A DNA stretch of 60,006 nucleotides from Verrucomicrobiia bacterium (GTDB lineage: Bacteria; Verrucomicrobiota; Verrucomicrobiia; Palsa-1439), in contig JBEKYJ010000003.1 in assembly GCA_049511095.1 (NCBI GenBank), positions 1 through 60,006 on the forward strand, written 5' to 3'. The notes under the pieces were generated by a model. That model was not told the DNA's origin. It was given only the letters and a program-made list of their open reading frames with translations, and ran no database searches. Shown here piece after piece: positions 35,476-44,738 of the stretch (positions within the stretch are counted from its first letter, which is position 1; each line of letters starts with the position of its first letter). Position numbers and translations under genes: made by a program.

Positions 35476-36522
35476 CTACGCCGCGACCGCTTCCTTAAGA
35501 AGCGACCGGCTTTGTTCCGAAAGATAATCTGTGAGCGCTCGGAGCGTTTTTACGTAAACGTTGGATGGCAACACCGCGAGATCAGCTCGAGCGCGAGCAA
35601 TGTACGTGTCAATTGCCGCCAACGACTCGCCAACGACGCCGTTGCCGAGGACGAGACGGAGCAAATGCTGTTGTTCCTGTTGATCATTTCGGAGAATCAT
35701 CGCGCCGAGTTCCTCTCGGGCTTCCGAATTGACGTGTTGCAGCAGCAACAGAAATGGCAGCGTCAGTTTTCCCTTCTTCATGTCTGTTCCAAGCGATTTA
35801 CCGGCCAGCCGTTCCTGACCAAAAATATCCACGCAATCGTCATAAATCTGGTACGCGATCCCCAAATTGGTGCCGTATTCATGTATTGATTTGACGATTG
35901 AGGCGGGCGCGCCGTTCAAAACAGCGCCCAATTCGCAACTGACTGCGAAAAGGGCGCCCGTCTTCATATTGATAATATCGAGGTATTGGTTAAGGCTCAG
36001 ATCAAGGTCGAAACGACGCTGTGTTTGGAGGATTTCTCCCGAGCAAACGGTATTGGTTGCCTCGCTGACTCTGCGGCAAACCTCTGTGGTTGGGTAGCTT
36101 GCAGCAAGTCGCAAAGCATGGGCAAACAGGCAATCCCCCAACAACACGCTTATCTCGTTGCCCCATCGTGAGTTAGATGTGGGAAGACGATGCCTCAGAT
36201 CAGCCTCATCCAGAACGTCGTCGTGTACCAAGGTGGCAACATGGATGAGTTCCACGATGACCGCGAGCGTGATATGTTCTTCTGCAATGCCGCCAGTGGC
36301 TCCGCCTGCCAGAAGCGCGAGGCTTGGACGCAGCCGCTTGCCTGTTCCACCCAAGATGTACTGGATATACTCGCCAAGACGCGGATCAAAACCGCCGACT
36401 TGGGTGGCCAGTGCCATCTCCACGCGAGGCAATTCAGCCGCAATCGGTTCCAGCAATTCCAAAAGGTCTCGCCCGGAACTCGATGTGTGGGAAGTGTGCC
36501 TGCTTACGACCGACCCTAGCAT
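35476..36522 (-). CDS. long-chain polyprenyl diphosphate synthase (IspB-like)
   Basis: Two aspartate-rich motifs, LVHDDVLDEADLRH and YQIYDDCVDIFG. Full-length trans-IPPS similarity. Confidence 0.9.
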   Translation of the reverse strand: MLGSVVSRHTSHTSSSGRDLLELLEPIAAELPRVEMALATQVGGFDPRLGEYIQYILGGTGKRLRPSLALLAGGATGGIAEEHITLAVIVELIHVATLVHDDVLDEADLRHRLPTSNSRWGNEISVLLGDCLFAHALRLAASYPTTEVCRRVSEATNTVCSGEILQTQRRFDLDLSLNQYLDIINMKTGALFAVSCELGAVLNGAPASIVKSIHEYGTNLGIAYQIYDDCVDIFGQERLAGKSLGTDMKKGKLTLPFLLLLQHVNSEAREELGAMILRNDQQEQQHLLRLVLGNGVVGESLAAIDTYIARARADLAVLPSNVYVKTLRALTDYLSEQSRSLLKEAVAA

Positions 36523-36688
36523 AGTAGAGCTACTCTACGGGCCGCTGGAAGGGGTGTCAACCCATAAGCCCGTAGTTCCGCCGCAGCAGTTCACTCTTGA
36601 CCACTTGACGACCACGGACAAAAATGGAGAACGTCAGGTCTACGAGTTGCACCTGCCATGTTGCAGTACGCTGATCCGTACACTCGTT

Positions 36689-37600
36689 ATGCTGCGTCTG
36701 ATTCCAGTCCTGATCGTCCTGTTGTTCGCCGGCTGCGCGCGGAGCCCCGAGCGCGCTGCCCTCAGCAAGGCCAACGCTTTGTTGGACGAAGGCCGCGTCC
36801 AAGCTGCGTTGGACACGGTCCAGGATTATCTTCGGCAACATCCCGATTCCGCACCTCTCTTGCGAATGCGCGTCGTGGTTTTGCTCCGCCAGGAACAAAC
36901 TGATCTGGCGGCGCTCGCGTTGCAGAAACTCCCCGGCGGTGATCCTGTCCTTGCGGAGATGCTGCGTCATCGCGACCGCATCGTCCGCGAGAATGCCGCC
37001 AAGCTCATTGCGGTTCAGCCCAACGCGGGCAATTTCCATGAGATCGTCCGCGCTCTGGATGACCAGGACCCCGCGGTGCGACGATACTGCGCGCGCGCCC
37101 TGGGCCGGCTCGGCAACCCCTCGGCCCTCAAGCCGCTGTTCCAGTTGCTCTCCGACGACAACTGGTTCGTGCGCGCAGAGGCCGCCACCGCACTCGGCAG
37201 GATCGGTGATGATCGCGCGGTGGGTTGGCTGGTTCAGTTGCTGTCGGATCAGGACGGTTACGTGCGCTACAGTGCAACCAGCGCTCTCCACGACCTCGCC
37301 AAGGAGTCGTCCCGTTCCTTGTTGCTGCGCACCCTGGAATCGGCAGGATCAGCAGATCAATTCTGGATTGCGGTCGCGTTGGCCAAGCTCCATGACCCCG
37401 CAGTCTTGACTCCACTGGCAAACGTTGTCCAAAGCAAAGACGTCGATGTCCGGCGCCTCGCCGCCGAAGCACTCGGCGAATGCGGTTTGGCGGCGGGCAC
37501 AAATGCGCTCGCGGTCTTGATTCAGGACCCGGACCGGTCCGTAAGAGAACAGGCGCAGGCAGCCATGGGACAGATTGCAGCAAGCAGCAAAAAACGGTGA
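36689..37600 (+). CDS. HEAT-repeat (PBS-lyase-like) lipoprotein
   Basis: ATG 36689. Signal peptide with lipobox LLFAGC. Repeated D..P.VR..AA.ALG units. The ORF upstream of 36689 is antisense to ispB. Confidence 0.8.
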   Translation: MLRLIPVLIVLLFAGCARSPERAALSKANALLDEGRVQAALDTVQDYLRQHPDSAPLLRMRVVVLLRQEQTDLAALALQKLPGGDPVLAEMLRHRDRIVRENAAKLIAVQPNAGNFHEIVRALDDQDPAVRRYCARALGRLGNPSALKPLFQLLSDDNWFVRAEAATALGRIGDDRAVGWLVQLLSDQDGYVRYSATSALHDLAKESSRSLLLRTLESAGSADQFWIAVALAKLHDPAVLTPLANVVQSKDVDVRRLAAEALGECGLAAGTNALAVLIQDPDRSVREQAQAAMGQIAASSKKR

Positions 37601-37661
37601 GACTCGGAGGCATCCTCGCCGCAGAGCATCCATCCCGGCTCTCTCTGTTGGAGCCCGAAGT

Positions 37662-37919
37662 CTACGTCTTTGGGGTGAGAGTCTTGCTGAACTTGATGAT
37701 CTCGTTCAACTGATCGCGGAACTCTTCGATTCCTGTCAGGGGGATGATGATGGCATCACGGCGACCATTAACCTCCTCGATGATTCGCAAGAAACGGCCC
37801 CGCGGGTTCTCTCGCAGGTCGAACGTGAAATGCTTGCGCTCGACTCTGAGACTAAGATTCTGCAACTGCGTGTCCACTCCCGACGCGCTTCCCGACCATG
37901 GCTGTGCCAATGTTCGCAT
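37662..37919 (-). CDS. PUR-alpha-like nucleic-acid-binding protein (DUF3276 type)
   Basis: VERKHFTFDLRENPRGRFLRIIEEVNGRRDAIIIPLTGIEEF is the characteristic bacterial PUR repeat. Confidence 0.8.
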   Translation of the reverse strand: MRTLAQPWSGSASGVDTQLQNLSLRVERKHFTFDLRENPRGRFLRIIEEVNGRRDAIIIPLTGIEEFRDQLNEIIKFSKTLTPKT

Positions 37920-38002
37920 AGGTTCGTTACCTGAACATTCTCCTTGGGCCTCCCACTAATCGACAGGCTTGTAACACAGATATCGGAATAACGTCAACAC
38001 AT

Positions 38003-39421
38003 TCAATCTTTTAGGTGAAAGACCACCATCTTTAGCTCGGTCATCTCCTCCACCGCGTATCGTGGCCCCTCCTTCCCGAAACCGCTGTCTTTCAGGCCGC
38101 CGTAGGGCATCAGGTCGCCCCGCCATTGGGGTCCCCAATTGATGTGAATATTGCCCGTTTCAAGTCTGCGGGCAAACTTCATCGCCGTGTCGAGGCTTTC
38201 GGTAAACACCCCCGCCGCCAGGCCGAACCGGCTATCGTTGGCCAGGGTCAGCACCTCCTCCACGTCGTCGAAGGGCGTGAAGGCCACCACCGGACCAAAC
38301 AACTCCTCACAGGATATACGCATCCCGGGCTTCACGTCGGCGACGACCGTCGGCGCATACATCGCCCCGCGGCGCGAGCCACCCGTCACAACGCGTCCCC
38401 CGCCCTTCACCGCTTCCTGCACCCATTGCTCGACACGGATCGCCTCCTGCTCGCGAATCATCGGTCCAACCTTCGTCTTCTCATCCAACGGATTGCCTGT
38501 CGTCAGCCCTTCGACCTTCGGTTTTGCCGCGGCCAGCACATCCTCATAAACCTTCCGCTGCGCGATCACGCGCTGCGTCGAGATGCAAACCTGTCCGGCG
38601 TTCGCATAACCCGTCGCCGCGATCACTTCCGCAACCTTGTTCACATCCGCGTCGGGCATCACAATGATCGGCGAATTGCTGCCCAGTTCCATCGTGACCC
38701 TCTTGATCCCGGCCATTTGGCAGATTCGTTCACCGACCGGCACGCTGCCGGTGAAGGTGATCTTGCGCACGCGCTTGTCCCGGCAAAGCGCATCACCCAG
38801 TTCGCCACCCGGTCCCGTCACACACGAAATCGCCTCGGCCGGCATCCCGCACTCCAGCAACAACTCCGTCAGCTTGAGTGCCGACAGCGGCGTGTTCGAC
38901 GGCGGTTTTATGATGACCGCATTGCCCGCCGCGATGGCCGGTGCCGCCTTGTGGACAACCAGATTCAGCGGAAAGTTGAACGGAGTGATCGCGACCACCA
39001 CGCCGCACGGCACGCGCAAGGTGAAGCCCATTTTCCCAGCCCCGCCCGGCGACGCGTCCAGCGGCACTGTCTCACCGTGAATTCGCCGCGCTTCCTCCGC
39101 CGAGAGCATCAGCGTCTGCACCGAGCGGCCGACCTCAACCCGCGCCTCGGCAGTGACCTTACCTTCCTCCAGCGTGATCGTGTGCGCGAATTCCTCCGTG
39201 CGCGCCTCCAGCTTCTCGGCGGCTTTCCTCAAAATCTGGTAGCGATCCCACGCCGTAAGCTTCGCCATGAGTTTCGCCCCGCGCACTGCTGCCGCCAGCG
39301 CCGCATCAACGTCGGCCGTGCCGGCGCGTGGCACGGTGTCGACAACCGAATTGTCGTAGGGGTGCAGCACCTCGATTTTTTCGCCCGTCTCGATCCACTT
39401 GCCGCCCACGCACATTTTCAT
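38003..39421 (-). CDS. NAD(P)-dependent aldehyde dehydrogenase (paralogue 1)
   Basis: MELGSNSP and GQVCISTQR catalytic motifs. ATGA overlap with the upstream gene. Confidence 0.9.
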   Translation of the reverse strand: MKMCVGGKWIETGEKIEVLHPYDNSVVDTVPRAGTADVDAALAAAVRGAKLMAKLTAWDRYQILRKAAEKLEARTEEFAHTITLEEGKVTAEARVEVGRSVQTLMLSAEEARRIHGETVPLDASPGGAGKMGFTLRVPCGVVVAITPFNFPLNLVVHKAAPAIAAGNAVIIKPPSNTPLSALKLTELLLECGMPAEAISCVTGPGGELGDALCRDKRVRKITFTGSVPVGERICQMAGIKRVTMELGSNSPIIVMPDADVNKVAEVIAATGYANAGQVCISTQRVIAQRKVYEDVLAAAKPKVEGLTTGNPLDEKTKVGPMIREQEAIRVEQWVQEAVKGGGRVVTGGSRRGAMYAPTVVADVKPGMRISCEELFGPVVAFTPFDDVEEVLTLANDSRFGLAAGVFTESLDTAMKFARRLETGNIHINWGPQWRGDLMPYGGLKDSGFGKEGPRYAVEEMTELKMVVFHLKD

Positions 39422-40542
39422 GACTGGTTCTCCTTCATGACGACCTTCATCCCGCGTTTGCGCAGTTCCCGAAAGAACGGCTCGACGGGCACCGCGACCT
39501 CGGGCGCCAAAACGCCACGCTGCTCAATCAGCCCCGTCGCGATCATTTGCGCGAGTATCGACGGCGGGCAACCCGTGTCGATGTCGCCCGCGCTCGCGTG
39601 CCAGCGACGATTGGCCTTGGCGTGGCAGTCCACGGTGATCGTTTTCCTGTCTCCCCGAACCGTCACCCGCGAAATCTCGTAATCATTCACCTTGCCGCGC
39701 GGCGCCGGCAGCTTCATGAAATCCCGCACGGTCCAGCCGTCTTTCAGTCGTTGAATCACCTCGCGCACGAATCTCCGGTCAAAACCCACCTTGAAATCGC
39801 AGAAGGTTAACCCACGCCGGCCAAACGAGAGCGGAATCGTGGCTACTTCGCTGTGTCGTGTGCACACGGCCCACTGGACGCCAACGGGCCGCGGGAACTT
39901 GACCCGTTCCCAGCCTGTGCGCGGTTTCACCTCGCGAAACGTCCCGCGCGCGAACACCCACGGCGTCAGCGTGAATTCCTCAACAATGGTCTTTGCGGAG
40001 TACGGAAAGAAGAAACCGGCGGGCCTGACGGTGAGATCCCGTCCGCCAACCCGAATCCGCACCGACTTGACGCAGCAAAGTTTGTCGACCGCGGCGCGCG
40101 TCATCACGTTGGTGATGCCGGGCGAGCACCCGCCCCCGAGGATTGCCGTGAGACCGGCGCGTCGGAACCGTCCGTTCAGCTTCAGTTGCTTTCGCGTCCA
40201 GCTAAACAGCCCGCCCAGATCGACGTAGTGCGCCCTCGCCGCCAACGCGGCCCGCATGACGTTCAGATTGAAACCGTGCTGTGCGCAGTTGATGACCACC
40301 GCCCGGCCTCGGAACACCTTCGCCAGTTGCCCGGGGTTGCGGGCATCTGCCACCGCCGCGTTCACGCGTCGACTGCGAAACGTGCGCGCATACGCGCGCG
40401 CGCCCGCCTCGTTATAGTCGGCGATCAGGATGCGGTTGCGCGGATGCGATTCGAACAGGTCGCGCACCACCACCCGCCCGATGGCCCCCACCCCGCCCAG
40501 GACCACAAAGTTGCGGTCGCGTTTCATGACGCTGCCGCTCAT
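39418..40542 (-). CDS. saccharopine-dehydrogenase-family NAD(P)-binding oxidoreductase
   Basis: Rossmann motif VVLGGVGAIGRVV and YVDLGG...GLTAILGGGCSPGITN, typical of the Sacchrp_dh N- and C-domains. Start ATG 40542 or 40527. The ORF extension to 40800 overlaps gabT. Confidence 0.75.
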   Translation of the reverse strand: MSGSVMKRDRNFVVLGGVGAIGRVVVRDLFESHPRNRILIADYNEAGARAYARTFRSRRVNAAVADARNPGQLAKVFRGRAVVINCAQHGFNLNVMRAALAARAHYVDLGGLFSWTRKQLKLNGRFRRAGLTAILGGGCSPGITNVMTRAAVDKLCCVKSVRIRVGGRDLTVRPAGFFFPYSAKTIVEEFTLTPWVFARGTFREVKPRTGWERVKFPRPVGVQWAVCTRHSEVATIPLSFGRRGLTFCDFKVGFDRRFVREVIQRLKDGWTVRDFMKLPAPRGKVNDYEISRVTVRGDRKTITVDCHAKANRRWHASAGDIDTGCPPSILAQMIATGLIEQRGVLAPEVAVPVEPFFRELRKRGMKVVMKENQS

Positions 40543-40556
40543 GCAAACAACTGCTT

Positions 40557-41846
40557 CTAGATCACGTCGAGCCCCTCGTCGAGTTGCCCGTCGCTGATCA
40601 CGAGCGGGACGAGATAACGCAGGACGTTGCTGTGTGTGCCGGCGTAGATTAGGATCACGCCGTTCTCGACGCAGCGTTTGACGAGATTCACGGTGAATTC
40701 CTTCGCGGGCTCCTTGGTCTTTCGATCTTTGACGAACTCGATGGCCACCATCGCCCCCAAGCCGCGCACGTCGCCGATCATCGGATGTTTTTTCTGCCAT
40801 TCGAGCGCGCGGTCACGCAGCTTATCGCCAATCTTCCCTGCGCGAGCGGGAAGCTTCATCCGCTCTATTTCCGCAATCGTGGCCAGCGCCGCCGCGCAGG
40901 CAAGGGGATTGCCGCCGTACGTGCCACCCAATCCACCAACGTGGACGCTGTCCATCATGTTCGCGCGGCCCGTGACCGCCGCAATCGGCATCCCGCCCCC
41001 CAGCGACTTCGCCGTGGTAATCAAGTCCGGCTCGAAGCCGTAGTGTTCGGTCGCGAACATCCTGCCCGTGCGGGCAAAGCCCGACTGGATTTCGTCGGCG
41101 ATGAAAACAATGCCGTTGTCCTTGCAGAATTTCGCCAAGGCTTGGACGTACTTCTTCGGCGCGACCACAAAGCCGCCCTCGCCCAGCACCAATTCCATGA
41201 AGACGCAGGCGACCTGCCGCGGATCGACGTGCGCGTGGAAGAACTCGTGCATCTGCTCGATCAGGCCGTCTTCGTCGAGTTCGCTGCGGTAGGTGTAGGG
41301 ATACGGCAGCCGATACACCTCGGGCGCGAACGGCCCGAACCCGAACTTGTACGGCATCACCTTGCTCGTGAGCGTCATCGCCAGCAGGGTGCGTCCCGCA
41401 AAGCCGTGTTCGAAACCGACGACCGCAGGCCGCTTGGTAAAGTAGCGGGCGATCTTGACCGCGTTCTCGACGGCCTCCGCCCCGCTGTTCACCAGCAACG
41501 TCTTCTTCGTGAACTTGCCCGGTGCGATCGCGTTCAGCTTCTCCGCCAACGCGACGTACGGCTCGTACTGCGCGATGTGGAAACAAGTGTGCAGAAACTT
41601 TTTTGCCTGCGCCGTGACCGCCTCGACAACTTTCGGGTTCGCGTGTCCCGCGTTCAGTGAACCCAGCCCGCCCGAGAAATCCAGCAGGACGTTGCCGTCG
41701 ACATCCGTGATGGTTGCGCCTTCGCCGCGCTCCACAAAGATCGGCGAGATATTGAACGGGCCCTGCGGCACCGCTGCTGTCCGTCGCGCCAGCAACGCCT
41801 TGCTTTTCGGGCCGGGGATTGACGTCTTCAACGAAATCGCGCGCAT
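40557..41846 (-). CDS. gabT: 4-aminobutyrate aminotransferase (class III PLP aminotransferase)
   Basis: IPGPKSKALLARR, DVDGNVLLDFSGGLGSLNAGHANPKVV, IADEIQSGFARTG, TTAKSLGGG. Confidence 0.88.
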   Translation of the reverse strand: MRAISLKTSIPGPKSKALLARRTAAVPQGPFNISPIFVERGEGATITDVDGNVLLDFSGGLGSLNAGHANPKVVEAVTAQAKKFLHTCFHIAQYEPYVALAEKLNAIAPGKFTKKTLLVNSGAEAVENAVKIARYFTKRPAVVGFEHGFAGRTLLAMTLTSKVMPYKFGFGPFAPEVYRLPYPYTYRSELDEDGLIEQMHEFFHAHVDPRQVACVFMELVLGEGGFVVAPKKYVQALAKFCKDNGIVFIADEIQSGFARTGRMFATEHYGFEPDLITTAKSLGGGMPIAAVTGRANMMDSVHVGGLGGTYGGNPLACAAALATIAEIERMKLPARAGKIGDKLRDRALEWQKKHPMIGDVRGLGAMVAIEFVKDRKTKEPAKEFTVNLVKRCVENGVILIYAGTHSNVLRYLVPLVISDGQLDEGLDVI

Positions 41847-41850
41847 GATC

Positions 41851-43305
41851 TCAATACCAGCCGATGGGTGCTTCGTTGAGGTTGATGTGGACCTGTTTCG
41901 TCTCCAGAAACTCTTCGATGCCCTGAAGGGACATCTCGCGGCCCTGGCCGCTGGCTTTGTAGCCGCCCCACGGGGACTCGACGTAGCACGGTTGCATGGT
42001 GTTGACCCACACGATGCCGGCGCGCAGATTCTTGACGACGCGCAGGCACTTGAATATGTCGCGCGACCACACCGCCGCAGCGAGGCCGTAGGGCGTGTCG
42101 TTAGCGATCTTCAACGCCTCGGCTTCGTCCTTGAACGGGATGCAAGCGACGACGGGGCCGAAGATTTCTTCCTGGGCGATTCGCGTGGTGTTATCAGTCT
42201 CGAAGATCGTGGGTTCGACGTAGTAGCCTGGGCCCTTGGGTTGGCCGCCGCCCATGAGGAGCTTCGCTTCCTTCCGGCCGAGGTCAATGTAGCTGAGAAC
42301 CTTTTGCTGATGTTCCTTGGTGACGAGCGGTCCCATCTTGGTTTCGCGCTTGAGCGGGTCGCCAAGCTTGACGCGTTTGGTCTTCTCCTTCATGCGGTCC
42401 ATGAACTTCTTGAAGATGTCCTGTTGCACGAGCACGCGCGAGCCAGCGGTGCAGACTTCGCCCTGGTTGACGAACACGCCGAACAGCGCGCCGTCGGTGG
42501 CGGCTTCGAGATCGGCGTCGGCGAAGAAAATGTTGGGCGATTTGCCGCCGAGTTCGAACGTGATCTTCTTGATATGCGAGCTGCCGATGCTCCGTAGAAT
42601 GGCCTTGCCGGTGTCGGTGCCGCCCGTGAGCGAGATCTTGTCCACGGCGGGCGACTCGGCGAGCGCGCGGCCGATGATCCCGCCGTCACCGGTGACGACG
42701 TTGAGCACGCCCGGCGGGAGTTCGGGAATTTCCTTCTGCACGAGCTTGCAGAACTCGAGCATGGTCAGCGGTGTTTGCGTGGCGGGCTTGACAATTACCG
42801 TGCAACCGGCGGCGAGGGCCGGGGCGAGTTTCCACGCGGTGAGCAGCAGCGGGTAGTTCCAGGGAATGATGAGGCCGCAGACGCCGACCGCCTCCTTCAG
42901 CGTGAAGTTGAGCGCGTTGTCGGGCACGTTGACCGTCTCGCCGTGATACTTCGTCGCCAGTCCGCCGTTGTACTCGAAGCAGGTGGCGGTGTCGTTCATG
43001 TCGAATTCGCTTTCGACGATCGGCTTGCCGCAGTTCATGGTCTCCAATTCAGCGAGCCTGGCCAGGTGCTTGCGGACGAGCGCGGCCATCTTGAAGAGGA
43101 TGCGCCCGCGCATTTGGGCCTTGGAGCCATCGCGCCAGTCCGTGTTGTCGAATGTCGCGCGCGCGACGCCAATGGCGCGCTCGATGTCCTGTCGGCTCGC
43201 TACGGGGACAACGGCAATTGGTTGAGCCGTGGCGGGGTTGACGATTTCTCGGGTATCGGCGGCGCCAACCCATTCGTTGTTGACGTAATTCTTATAGGTT
43301 TTCAT
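41851..43305 (-). CDS. NAD(P)-dependent aldehyde dehydrogenase (paralogue 2; aminobutyraldehyde/betaine-aldehyde-DH-like)
   Basis: FELGGKSPNIFF and NQGEVCTAGSR. 4-nt gap to gabT. Confidence 0.9.
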   Translation of the reverse strand: MKTYKNYVNNEWVGAADTREIVNPATAQPIAVVPVASRQDIERAIGVARATFDNTDWRDGSKAQMRGRILFKMAALVRKHLARLAELETMNCGKPIVESEFDMNDTATCFEYNGGLATKYHGETVNVPDNALNFTLKEAVGVCGLIIPWNYPLLLTAWKLAPALAAGCTVIVKPATQTPLTMLEFCKLVQKEIPELPPGVLNVVTGDGGIIGRALAESPAVDKISLTGGTDTGKAILRSIGSSHIKKITFELGGKSPNIFFADADLEAATDGALFGVFVNQGEVCTAGSRVLVQQDIFKKFMDRMKEKTKRVKLGDPLKRETKMGPLVTKEHQQKVLSYIDLGRKEAKLLMGGGQPKGPGYYVEPTIFETDNTTRIAQEEIFGPVVACIPFKDEAEALKIANDTPYGLAAAVWSRDIFKCLRVVKNLRAGIVWVNTMQPCYVESPWGGYKASGQGREMSLQGIEEFLETKQVHINLNEAPIGWY

Positions 43306-43469
43306 CTCACTGTCCTCCCGTTGGATAATGCAACGTCAACCGACAAAGACTTGTACCGAAGCTACATATATCAGGTTTTCGACCGTGGATTAGCAAGGCT
43401 GAAAAGATTGTGTTGGTGACCAACGCGGCAAGGGTACGGGGGGCTGAGAGGTGTCGTGTTGGACGCGAA

Positions 43470-44276
43470 CTATTGTGTCACGGTGAGGAGCGTGGACTTG
43501 TCGGCCAGGTCTGATGGAGTGGCGTGGATCGCCGCCACCTCATCCGCGCCCTGCTCGCGCCAGTACACCAACTCCAATCGTCCATCGAGATGTTCGACCA
43601 GCGCGGTGCTGCTCTCCACCCAATCGCCGGTATTGTAGTAGTTCACCCCGCGGATCTGCCGCACCGCCGGCGTGTGAATGTGCCCGCACACGATGCCCCC
43701 GACATCATGCAACTCGGCGTAGTGGGCGACAGCCTCTTCAAACCGGCTGATCGAACTGACGACCTTCTTCACATTTTGCTTCACGTAGGCGCTCAACGAC
43801 CAAAAACCCAGCCCGAACAGACGGCGCACCAGGTTCAGCGGACGATTCAGCCGCAACAGCATCGTGTAGCCCGCGTCGCCGAGATAGGCCATCCACTTGG
43901 CGTGGATCGTGACCGAGTCGAACTCGTGTCCGTGCAGCACCAGCAACCGTTCGCCGTCCGCCGTCGTGTATACGTCGCGTTCCTTGACGACGATGTTGCC
44001 GTAGATGCCGAGGAAATTGAGGCAAAACTCGTCGTGATTGCCGGGGATAACGATGATGTGAGTCCCCTTGCGCGCCTTGCGAAGGATTTTCTGGATCACG
44101 TCGTTGTGTGTCTGCGGCCAGTACCGTTCCTTGCGCAATCGCCAGATATCGATTACGTCACCGACCAGATACAGCCGCTCGAACTCGTTGTGCTTGAAAA
44201 AAACCAGCACGCCCGCCGCATTGCTGCCGCGAGTGCCGAGGTGCAAATCGGACATCCAGACGGTGCGATACAACAT
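43470..44276 (-). CDS. LpxH-like metallophosphoesterase (UDP-2,3-diacylglucosamine diphosphatase family)
   Basis: WMSDLHLG, LYLVGDVIDIW, IPGNHDEF, VLHGHEFD, VCGHIHTP. Confidence 0.8.
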   Translation of the reverse strand: MLYRTVWMSDLHLGTRGSNAAGVLVFFKHNEFERLYLVGDVIDIWRLRKERYWPQTHNDVIQKILRKARKGTHIIVIPGNHDEFCLNFLGIYGNIVVKERDVYTTADGERLLVLHGHEFDSVTIHAKWMAYLGDAGYTMLLRLNRPLNLVRRLFGLGFWSLSAYVKQNVKKVVSSISRFEEAVAHYAELHDVGGIVCGHIHTPAVRQIRGVNYYNTGDWVESSTALVEHLDGRLELVYWREQGADEVAAIHATPSDLADKSTLLTVTQ

Positions 44277-44377
44277 TCCAGTGTATCTTCGCCCACACTG
44301 ATGGCGAACACGTCACTGGGCCGTTACGGATGGGAAAAGGCTGTAAGCACTTGGCGTGGCCAGACTTGTCTGACGAT

Positions 44378-44710
44378 TCAGAGCGAGCGACGCGGCGAAG
44401 CTGCGTTCGCTCCACTGGATGGTTTGGCACTCATGTATGTCTCAACTGCTTCAACGTCATGGCAAGCACCGGTAGGAGGGCAAGAGTAAGAATCAACTGC
44501 CACGCCTGCGACAAATTTGCCTCGACGCCAATGCCTCCCCCCCCCCCCCCAGAAGAACCACCACACCAGATACGCCAGAAGAAGCTGCAACGCACATGCT
44601 GCAACGCTCAGAGCGAACATTCTGCGCGGCAACATCAAGACAATTGCTGTCGTCCATACCGGCGAGGCCGCAATCACAACGACCACGAATTGTCCGATAA
44701 TCCGGTTCAT
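44378..44710 (-). CDS. small hypothetical membrane protein containing a G14 homopolymer tract
   Basis: From ATG 44710 there are two hydrophobic helices, then WFFWGGGG encoded by the run 44537-44550. The reading frame after the tract is uncertain (see findings). Confidence 0.4.
   Translation of the reverse strand: MNRIIGQFVVVVIAASPVWTTAIVLMLPRRMFALSVAACALQLLLAYLVWWFFWGGGGRHWRRGKFVAGVAVDSYSCPPTGACHDVEAVETYMSAKPSSGANAASPRRSL
44537..44550. repeat. homopolymer C14 (+ strand) / G14 (coding strand)
   Basis: Counted directly in the sequence. Confidence 0.95.
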
Positions 44711-44738
44711 CGTTGTTCCGTCGAACGTATAGTAAATC